DNA of 9,980 bases from Octopus sinensis (Eukaryota): positions 1 to 9,980 of the forward strand of contig NW_021827777.1 of the NCBI RefSeq assembly GCF_006345805.1, in the 5' to 3' direction. A model generated the notes under the pieces. It was not told the origin of the DNA. It worked only from the letters and a program-made list of their open reading frames with translations, and made no database searches. Position 1 is the first letter of the stretch. Each line of letters opens with the position of its first letter. The translations under genes were made by a program, and so were the position numbers. Below are positions 1-7,780 of this stretch, piece by piece.

Positions 1-43
1 CGCATTTTGCCCGGCGTGCAAACGTTTCTGCCATCTCGCCGCC
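1..43 (-). mobile_element. SINE family A, 5' tRNA-like head (body runs off the window start)
   Basis: Reverse complement GGCGGCGAGATGGCAGAAACGTTTGCACGCCGGGCAAAATGCG matches the heads ending at 911 and 1635 and contains an A-box-like TGGCAGAAACG. Confidence 0.85.
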
Positions 44-322
44 TTCTCACAAGTAAATATCATTGACTTCTACCGCTCCAACTCTCTACTCATATAGGAA
101 AAATTCTCTTGATCTTGACGAATAAATTCGAATAACGAACTATTTTTCTGATGAAACTTGAACTCGCATAACGAGCTGAAATTTGACTCACTAGCAAACT
201 ACACACCAATATATAAGTGGCTGAGAGATCATATGCGGACGGTACGCTGAACAAACAAATTCTATACCGAACGCGAAGAACCGACTAGTATGGAGAAAGC
301 GTATAAAGTCATCTTATAGCCA

Positions 323-489
323 TTTTTCTACTCTAGGCACAAGTCTCGAAATATTTTGCGGGGTGGGGCTAGTCGATTAGACCGACCCCAGTACGCAACT
401 GCTACTTAATTTATCGACCCCGTAAGGATGAAAGGCAAAGTCGACCTCGGCGGAATTTGAACTCAGAACATAAAGGCAGACTAAATACC
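323..489 (-). mobile_element. SINE family A, 5'-truncated, tail type 2 (...CTTGTGCCTAGAGTAGAAAA)
   Basis: B-box GAGTTCAAATTCC on the minus strand and a body shared with the other A copies. The tail matches the + strand copies at 7182-7238 and 7249-7422. Confidence 0.9.
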
Positions 490-673
490 TATGTCTTTAT
501 TACCCACAAGGGGCTAAACATGGAGTGGACAAACAAGGACACACAAAGGGATTAAGTCGATTACATCGACCCCAGTGTGTAACTGGTACTTATTTAATCG
601 GCCCCGAAAGGATGAAAGGCAAAGTGGACCCCGGCGGAATTTGAACTCAGAACGTAACGGCAGACGAAATACC
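490..673 (-). mobile_element. SINE family A, 5'-truncated, tail type 1 (...CCCCTTGTGGGTA..AAAGA.ATA)
   Basis: 184-bp unit beginning at GGTATTT on the minus strand. B-box present; tail shared with 674-911 and 5163-5300. Confidence 0.9.
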
Positions 674-911
674 TATTTCTATTTCTTTACTATCCACAAG
701 GGGTTAAACACAGAGAGGACAAACAAGGACAGACAAACGGATTAAATCGATGACATCGACCTCAGTGCGTATCTGGTACTTATTTAATCGGCCCCGAAAG
801 GATGAAAGGCAAAGTCGACGTCGGCGGAATTTGAACTCAGACCGTAGCGGCAGATGAAAAATCCGCTAAGCATTTCGCCCGTCGTGCTAACGTTTCTGCC
901 AGCTCGCCGCC
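674..911 (-). mobile_element. SINE family A, full length, tail type 1
   Basis: Head GGCGGCGAGCTGGCAGAAACG with A-box at about 889-901 and B-box at 826-838, followed by body hairpins and tail. Confidence 0.92.
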
Positions 912-1290
912 TTATAATGTAATAATATCGAATACTAATTTCTGCAGAAAACTAAATTCTGTCAACGTGCTGAAATTCGCACGAGCACGCGTATAAGTGT
1001 GTAGGAGTGGCTGAAGAAGAAAAAAAAAGGGTTTGTTAACGCTGTTGTCCGGATTTCGCAGAGCTTGAAAATGTTCATAATTTGCATAGAATATTAACAT
1101 TTCTCGTGTGTTTTATCAATAACATAGCCTTGTACCGGCGAAGCAAGACAAACAGGAAAACGAACACACAGAGGAAGGACGATCATGAGAAAATAAGGAA
1201 AAAAGATAAAGAGAGATATTTAGGTCAATCAGAGACACGTCCGTATATATGTGTAAGAATTAGCACTTCCTTCTCTAAGCCTAGATTCGA

Positions 1291-1494
1291 TTTCTGCTCA
1301 GTACCACAGATTTGCTTGTCGGCTGCTTGGCCTTAACCAGTTGAGCATGTCCCTTAGTGGCTGACGATATGTGCATCTCTGATCACGAGCAGAAGTAGTG
1401 GGGGAGCATCATGGCCATGTGTTCAGAGGGATTCTTAGAGGTATGGATAATTCACCTTTGGAAACATGGGTGTTTCGTTCAACATCCTTAAACA
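1291..1494. repeat. Probable fragment of another interspersed repeat family
   Basis: Single copy in the window. It resembles, from memory only, a recurrent octopus repeat (CCAGTTGAGCATGTCCCTTAGTGGCTGACGATATGTGCATCTCTGATCACGAGCAGAAG...). Needs a Dfam/Repbase search. Confidence 0.4.
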
Positions 1495-1499
1495 GATAG

Positions 1500-1635
1500 T
1501 TATTATATCGACCTCCCAAAAAAGAACGAAAGGCAAAGTCAGCCTCGGTGGAATTTGAACTCAGAACGTAAAGACGGGACGAAATATCACAAAGTCTTTA
1601 GCTCGACGCGCTAACGATTCTGCCAGCCCGCCGCC
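1500..1635 (-). mobile_element. SINE family A, diverged 5' half (3' part missing)
   Basis: Head GGCGGCGGGCTGGCAGAATCGTTAG, B-box GAGTTCAAATTCC and the start of the body; more substitutions than 674-911. Confidence 0.85.
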
Positions 1636-1696
1636 TTGTCTACGTTGTATTATTAACGTTTTGACTGCCATCTGTCTGTCTCTCTCATTACCACAT

Positions 1697-2083
1697 GGAG
1701 GCGCAATGGCCCAGTGGTTAAGGCAGCGGACTCGCAGTCATAGGATCGCGGTTTCGATTCCCAGACCGGGCGTTGTGAGTGATTATTGAGCGAAAACACC
1801 TAAAGCTCCACGAGGCTCCGGCAGGGGATGGTGGTGATCCCTGCTGTACTCTTTCACCACAACTTTCTCTCACTCTTACTTCCTGTTTCTATTGTACCTG
1901 TATTTCAAAGGGGCCGGCCTTGTCACTCTCTGTGTCACGCTGAATATCCCCGAGAACTACGTTAAGGGTGCGCGTGTCTGTGGAGTGCTCAGCCACTTAC
2001 ACGTTAATTTCACGAGCAGGCTGTTCCGTTGATTCGGATCAACCGGAACCCTCGTCGTCGTAACCGACGGAGTGCTTCCATAC
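1697..2083 (+). mobile_element. SINE family B, full length, with 11-bp target-site duplication
   Basis: A-box TGGCCCAGTGG (1707-1717), B-box-like GTTTCGATTCC (1751-1761), and TSD CATTACCACAT at 1686-1696 and 2084-2094. The 3' half is homologous to 5344-5494 on the minus strand. Confidence 0.93.
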
Positions 2084-2180
2084 CATTACCACATCTCATT
2101 CCCACCTTCCGCCATTTATTCGCCTTTCACCTCTTTTTCGCAATTTCCTTCTCTTTCACTTCCCTCCTTTATTTCCCATT

Positions 2181-2208
2181 ACACACACCACACACACACA
2201 CACACACA
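2181..2208. repeat. (CA)n microsatellite
   Basis: Direct reading; one interruption. Confidence 0.95.
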
Positions 2209-2425
2209 CTCTGTTTGCTTTGTGTCATTTCCCTCCTTTTCCGGCCACCTCCACCACAAATATCTCCTCCCTGCCTCGCCCCACGGTTTTCCAAATGGTA
2301 AAAACTTCGCTGGTTCAGTTTGTTTTGAAAATGTTCCAATGAAGTCATCCTTGCTCTTCTGTCTAGGAATGTGGAGGGGGGGGAGAAAAGGCAAACATGG
2401 AAAGAATACTAATTTTAACTCACCG

Positions 2426-2441
2426 ACACACACACACACAT

Positions 2442-2478
<37 letters not shown>

Positions 2479-2481
2479 CAA

Positions 2482-2518
<37 letters not shown>

Positions 2519-2701
2519 TGCAAACATGCATACACAGAAAAATTTACATACATGTACACAAGCACACATGTATACACACGCACATTCAGAAAAATACACA
2601 CATACGCAACACACACAGACACACAACATGTACACCATGCACAGTTGTACTCAAACTCAAACACACCACACACACACATACACACACACATACAAACACA
2701 A

Positions 2702-2732
<31 letters not shown>

Positions 2733-2900
2733 ATGTATACACACACACATCAAACACACCACACACTCAAACACACTACACACACACGCACACACCTGCA
2801 AACACACGCGCACACACACACAATGCAAACATGCATCACAGAAATATTTACACACATGCACACATGTATACACACGTACATTCAGAAAAATACACACACT
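2426..2900. repeat. Compound CA-rich microsatellite with higher-order units
   Basis: (CA)n runs punctuated by TGCAAA and CAGAAAAAT-type motifs. An ~80-bp block at about 2517-2600 recurs at about 2823-2898. Confidence 0.9.
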
Positions 2901-2904
2901 TACA

Positions 2905-3274
2905 TGACTGTGTGGTAAGTAGCTTGCTAACCAGCCACATGGTTCCGGGTTCAGTCCCACTGCGTGGCATCTTGGGCAAGTGTCTTCTGCTATAGCCCCG
3001 GGCCGACCAATGCCTTGTGAGTGGATTTGGTAGACGAAACTGAAAGAAGCCTGTCGTATATATGTATATATATGTGTGTGTCTGTGTTTGTCTGTATATG
3101 GTGGTGTGTTTACGTCCCCGTCACTTAGCGGTTCGGCAAAAGAGACCGATAGAATAAGTACTGGGCTTACAAAGAATAAGTCCCGGGGTCGATTTGCTCG
3201 ACTAAAGGCGGTGCCCCAGCATGGCCGCAGTCAAATGACTGAAACAAGTAAAAGAGTAAAAGAGAGAGAGAGAG
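2905..3274 (+). mobile_element. SINE family C (tRNA head, CORE-like CTTGGGCAAGTGTCTT segment, internal TA/TG microsatellite), near full length
   Basis: A-box-like TGACTGTGTGG (2905-2915), B-box-like GGTTCAGTCCC (2948-2958), tail (AAAGAGT)2(AG)n, possible 5-bp TSD TTACA. About 5-6 differences in ~160 nt against the 3' half of 5757-6102. The CORE-SINE (OR2-like) assignment is from memory and unverified. Confidence 0.9.
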
Positions 3275-3520
3275 TTACACATTTGCACACATGTATATAC
3301 AGACACACACACAGAGAAAAGTACACACAAACACACACACACACATACATACATACAAACACACACACACATACAGACACAGAAAAATACACACACACAT
3401 TCACACATATATATATGCATACACACACACACACACAGAAATTCACACATATGTACACACGTATACACACACAGGCATACATGTACATACAAATACACAC
3501 ACATACAAACACAGAAAAAT

Positions 3521-3552
<32 letters not shown>

Positions 3553-3553
3553 G

Positions 3554-3593
<40 letters not shown>

Positions 3594-3750
3594 GAAAAAT
3601 TCACACGCATGTACACACGTATACACACACACAGGCATACATGTACATTCAACTATACATACATGTATGCATAAACACATCTGTATATAGACATGAACAC
3701 AAATATACTATATGCAAACACATACACATGCAAAAGCACTTAAATAAACT
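3275..3750. repeat. Compound CA/TA microsatellite, same higher-order family as 2426-2900
   Basis: CAGAAA(AA)T landmarks at 3380, 3436, 3512 and 3592. A ~55-bp block at 3436 recurs at 3592. Confidence 0.88.
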
Positions 3751-3762
3751 TGTGTGTACGTG

Positions 3763-4520
3763 TGTATATATACACACACGCATATATATATATACGCATT
3801 TATATATATATATATATATACACACACATACATATATACACACACACATATATATATATATACGCATTATATATATATATATATATACACACACATACAT
3901 ACATACATGCACACACATACATGCACACACATACATACATACATACACACACATACATACATGCACACACATACATACATGCACACACATACATACATAC
4001 ACACATACACATACACACACACACATACACACACACACATACACACACATATATACACACATATACACACACATACACACACACACATACATACATACAC
4101 ATACATACATACACACACACACACATACACACACACACATACACACACGCACATACACATACACTACACACATACACACCATACAACACACAACGCACTA
4201 CACATACACACCACACACACACATACACACACACCATACACAAACATACATACATACCCACCACACACATACATACATACACACACACATACACATCCAC
4301 TATATACACACATATACACACACATATACACACATACATTTACACACATACATTTACACATACACACACACAACACATACATACGTACAAACACATACAC
4401 ACACACACACACACACGCACGCACATACACATACACACACACATACACACACACACATACACACACACATACACACACATACATACGTACAAACACATAC
4501 ACACACACACACGCACGCAC
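3763..4520. repeat. Long compound (TA)n/(CATA)n/(CA)n microsatellite
   Basis: Direct reading. The block ACATACGTACAAACACATAC(AC)nGCACGCAC is duplicated at about 4379 and 4481. Confidence 0.95.
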
Positions 4521-4545
4521 GGATCCTCATGTTTAAAAAAACGAT

Positions 4546-4707
4546 TGTGTGTGTGTGTGTTATTTTTTAACACTGTAGACTCATACTCTCACACATAACA
4601 CACAAACGTAGTTTAATGCATGGCTAAACGTGTGTGTGTGTGTATGTGTGTGTGTGTGTGTGTGTGAGTGTGTGTGTGTGTGTGTGAGTGTGTGTGTGTG
4701 AGTGTGT
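4546..4707. repeat. (TG)n microsatellites (4546-4561 and 4630-4707)
   Basis: Direct reading. Confidence 0.95.
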
Positions 4708-4791
4708 ACACAACTATAAATCTAGGAGTTTATTAGAGATACGGAATGACTCAGCATTGTTTGTCATAACAACTTCAACGCACACAAACCT

Positions 4792-4970
4792 ACACACACA
4801 CACACACATATATATATACATACATTTACGTGTGTGTGTGTGTGTGTGTGTGTGTTGAAGTTAGTATGATAGACAATGGTGAGTAATTCTGTGTCTCTAA
4901 TAAACACACATACACACACACATTCATATATACATACATTTACGTGTGTGTGTATGTGTGTGTGTGTGTA
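4792..4970. repeat. Duplicated (CA)n-ATATACATACATTTACG-(TG)n unit, 114-bp offset
   Basis: TACATACATTTACG ends at 4830 and at 4944, each time preceded by CA and followed by TG repeats. Confidence 0.85.
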
Positions 4971-5104
4971 TGTTTGCATGTATATAAAAGTATAATAATT
5001 CTGTTTTTTGGAAGAATGGATCTCGAAGCAGATAAGCGTTCCAAAAACTAACTTTTTTCATGTTCTCATGAAGTTTATAAATTCTTCTGACGTCAACAAA
5101 AAAA

Positions 5105-5161
5105 TATATATAGATATATATATACATTGTATATATATACTTTATATATATATATATATAT
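5105..5161. repeat. Imperfect (TA)n
   Basis: Direct reading. Confidence 0.9.
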
Positions 5162-5162
5162 G

Positions 5163-5300
5163 TTTCTTTACTACCCACAAGGGGCTAAACACAGAGGGGA
5201 CAAACAAGGACAGACAAACGGATTAAGTCGATTACATCGACCCCAGTGCGTAACTGGTACTTAATTTATCGACCCCGAAAGGACGAAAGGCAAAGTCGAC
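5163..5300 (-). mobile_element. SINE family A, 5'-truncated at GTCGAC, tail type 1, embedded in (TA)n
   Basis: Closely matches the body and tail of 490-673 and 674-911; (TA)n on both sides. Confidence 0.92.

Positions 5301-5302
<2 letters not shown>

Positions 5303-5343
<41 letters not shown>
5303..5343. repeat. Perfect (TA)n
   Basis: Direct reading. Confidence 0.95.
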
Positions 5344-5345
<2 letters not shown>

Positions 5346-5494
5346 TGGCAGTCCTTCGGCTGCGACGACGAGGGTTCCAGTTGATCCGATCAACGGAATA
5401 GCCTTCTCATTTATTAACATACAAGTGGCTGACATGTATACCCTCAACGTAGTTCTTGGGGAGACTCAGCGTGACACAGAGTGCGACAAGGCCG
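5344..5494 (-). mobile_element. SINE family B, 3' fragment (5'-truncated, ~12-bp internal deletion)
   Basis: Reverse complement aligns to about 1915-2075 (CTCTGTGTCACGCTGA...GGAACCCTCGTCGTCG). Confidence 0.88.
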
Positions 5495-5571
5495 TTTGGC
5501 CAGCCGAACAGGTTTAGCACTTCGCATGCCTTTATAGGTCGAAGGACTTTGCTGTGAGAGAGCTCTTGCAC

Positions 5572-5725
5572 TGGCTGGGTAAGAAGTTCGTTTCACAAGC
5601 ACGTAGCCAGGGTTCAGTCTCGCTGTGCGGTGCCTTGGACACGTGTCGTCTATTGTAACCCTGGGCCGACTAATGCCATACGTGTGAATTTGGTAGGCTG
5701 AAACTGTACGGAAGCCCGTCGTATA
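5572..5725 (+). mobile_element. SINE family C, older copy, 5' half
   Basis: Diverged match to 2905-3060 (GGGTTCAGTC...CCTTGG...GGGCCGAC...GAAGCCCGTCGTATA). Continues at 6103. Confidence 0.85.
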
Positions 5726-5756
5726 CACACATACACACACACACATGTATGTATAT

Positions 5757-6102
5757 CTCTCTTTACTCTTTTATTTGTTTCAGTCATCTGACTGCGGCCA
5801 TGCTGGAGTACCGCCTTTAGTCGAGCAAATCGACCCCGGGACTTATTCTTTGTAAGCCCAGTACTTATTCTATCGGTCTCTTTTGCCGAACCGCTAAGTG
5901 ACAGGGACGTAAACACACCAGCATCGGTTGTCAAGCAATGCTAGGGGGACAAACACAGACACACAAACATATACACACACATACATATATATATATACAT
6001 ATATATGACGGGCTTCTTACAGTTTCCGTCTACCAAATCCACTCACAAGGCATTGGTCGGCCCGAGGCTATAGCAGAAGACACTTTCCCAAGATGCCACG
6101 CA
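5757..6102 (-). mobile_element. SINE family C, younger copy lacking the tRNA head, inserted antisense inside the older copy
   Basis: Reverse complement matches 2960-3270 closely and carries an internal microsatellite at about 5960-6005. Confidence 0.92.
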
Positions 6103-6310
6103 TGTGTATGTGTCCCCAACAACTGCTTGAAAAAAACCGGAGTTGGCTTTTTACGTCCCCGTAACTTAGCGGTACGGCAAAAGAGTTCCGAAAGAATAAG
6201 TACCAAACTTTAAATTAAGCGCTGGGGTCGATTTTTTTGCCTAAACCCTTTGAAGGCAATGCTCCAGCATGGTCGCAGTCCAATGGCTGAAAGTAGTAAA
6301 AAGTAAAATA
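6103..6310 (+). mobile_element. SINE family C, older copy, 3' half
   Basis: TTTACGTCCCCGTAACTTAGCGG...CTCCAGCATGGTCGCAGTC matches the C 3' half and resumes where 5572-5725 stops. Confidence 0.85.
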
Positions 6311-6399
6311 CATCGGCCTCTTGAACTATTGCGACGTTTTGTTCCATTCTATTTGTATACTCGTGCCTCTCCTGACTTTTACTTTCACTATCGATTCAG

Positions 6400-6485
6400 T
6401 GCTAATCCACAACAATATTTCGCAAATCGTCTTAGTACTGTAGCGTCATCATTGATCCTTGTGGCAAATAAAATAAGTTTCCGGT
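6400..6485 (+). CDS. Weak candidate internal exon (ANPQQYFANRLSTVASSLILVANKISFR), product unknown
   Basis: Pyrimidine-rich acceptor CCTGACTTTTACTTTCACTATCGATTCAG| and donor GGT|GTAAGT, with one open frame. No recognisable homology. Confidence 0.22.
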
Positions 6486-6538
6486 GTAAGTCACAACGAT
6501 CAGTTGAGCGGTTACACTTGTGGTAAAAAAAAGATTTC

Positions 6539-6541
<3 letters not shown>

Positions 6542-6579
<38 letters not shown>
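6542..6579. repeat. (TA)n
   Basis: Direct reading. Confidence 0.95.
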
Positions 6580-6584
<5 letters not shown>

Positions 6585-6711
6585 TATAATTAACTTGAGA
6601 GAAAACCACTATTAGGCAAATCATATAAAGAAAAATTAGCCAATACATAGATTAATTAATTTATATTATTTAAATATATATCAAAATTATTAAAAAAGAT
6701 AATTAATATAA

Positions 6712-6775
6712 CACTACGATCGTTTCATGGCTGTTCAATTCTTAAAATTTTCGAGTTACAGTCATTCTTCAGGTG
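6712..6775 (-). ncRNA. Minimal type I hammerhead ribozyme motif (Penelope-like-element type)
   Basis: Minus strand reads CAC-CTGAAGA-ATGACTGT-(23 nt)-ACAGCCAT-GAAA-CGATCG-TA-GTG. Both core boxes are present, stem II pairs 7 of 8, stem III is palindromic (ACGATCGT), the triplet is GUA, and stem I is CAC/GTG. Confidence 0.8.
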
Positions 6776-7181
6776 GTTTAAATATTTCACTTGGCGAGGT
6801 TTAATATATATATATATTCAGTGGAGGACAGTGGTAATGAAGGACTTCGCGAGGGACAAATCGCCATGCTTGGGGGATGTGGTATAAGTATTAGAGTTAT
6901 ATGCGAAATTTGGCAATGTTTTGGCAGGGGTCTACCGCAATTGGGAACAGACCGAGCGTAGTCATCGCTGTTGATAATAGATACCAGCAAGAACGTAATC
7001 GAAAATGTTTGGCCCATAACACAGTTGAATATAGAATTTAAGATTTTGGTCAGTTCTCCATATATATGGGGAAACTAAAATCATTTTAGCGCTTAGGGCT
7101 TCTATGGGTTTTGATCCGGCTCTACTTGCATATGACGCTCTCGTTCCCTCAAAGGTGACCTCTTTCGTATCTTCTGGACGA

Positions 7182-7238
7182 GATCTAATCGACTGGCCAC
7201 TCCCTCCAAAATTTCTGGCCTTGTGCTTAGAGCAGAAA
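7182..7238 (+). mobile_element. SINE family A, 3' fragment, tail type 2
   Basis: GATCTAATCGACTGG...CCTTGTGCTTAGAGCAGAAA matches the end of the next copy and of 323-489. Confidence 0.8.
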
Positions 7239-7248
7239 ACGTTCTAAG

Positions 7249-7422
7249 TTCAAATCCCGCCGAGGTCAACTTTGCCTTCAATACTTTCGGGGTCGATAAA
7301 TTAAGTACCAGTTGCGTACTGGAGTCGATCTAATCGACTGGGTCCCTACACTAAACCCAAAATTTCGAGCCTTGTGCCTAGAGTAGAAAATATTATTGTT
7401 ATTGTTGTTGTTGTTGTTTATC
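7249..7422 (+). mobile_element. SINE family A, 5'-truncated, tail type 2 with (TTG)n end, 10-bp TSD
   Basis: B-box remnant, body and tail, flanked by ACGTTCTAAG at 7239-7248 and 7423-7432. Confidence 0.9.
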
Positions 7423-7780
7423 ACGTTCTAAGCCTTTCTATTCTTTAATAAAATCCAACCTGCATTCTCCCATTAATTTAGTGTTAATCATTTTCCAGTA
7501 TGCATTTAATCCAGAATCCAGAAAACAATGGCGAAAAACTATTGGGCAAGAGGCCATAAACAAACGAAAACTCAACAACAAAACCTCTCTTCTCGCCGCC
7601 CTCCTCCACCCACGACCATCCCTACTGCCACTGTCAATGTAACAACAGACATAAAATTAGATAGAAAGGAGGAAAACAAGATAAATGGTGGCAAAGAAAG
7701 GAAAACCACAAACAATGTAAATATAGGATTTATGTCGGTGACGTCAGTAATCTGTACGCGTGCCTTAGAGTGTAGGGTGA

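Noticed and set aside
148-185. CTGATGA...GAAA hammerhead-like boxes on the + strand
   Set aside because: No continuous stem II, and no stem III or stem I partner with a valid UH site.
323-911. CRISPR-like regular repeats
   Set aside because: Units are 170-240 bp of homologous SINE sequence with no unique spacers, in a eukaryotic context.
1011-1080. CTGAAGA...GAAA on the + strand
   Set aside because: Stem II is unpaired (A-run) and there is no complementary stem I arm.
1078-1087. Octamer/POU motif TAATTTGCAT
   Set aside because: A single short motif in AT-rich DNA with no promoter context; not distinguishable from chance.
1361-1480. CTGACGA with a distant GAAAC hairpin
   Set aside because: Boxes are ~95 nt apart without a closing stem II, position 17 would be U, and no stem I forms.
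1700-1770. Possible tRNA gene
   Set aside because: The anticodon and acceptor stems do not pair. It continues into a SINE body with a TSD, so it is a SINE head.
2072-4598. Long six-frame ORFs (up to 339 aa) rich in HT, CV and YI
   Set aside because: They are translations of (CA)/(TG)/(TA) repeats, which lack stop codons in most frames. The same applies to the ORFs at 7969-8473 and 8993-9690.
6432-6515. Minus-strand peptide VTAQLIVVTYTGNLFYLPQ, vaguely like a Cys-loop receptor segment
   Set aside because: Closed by nearby stops, with no following Cys-loop motif and no convincing donor; likely chance.
6787-7017. Minus-strand ORF upstream of the hammerhead as a Penelope RT/GIY-YIG remnant
   Set aside because: No RT or GIY-YIG motifs recognisable in any of the three minus frames.
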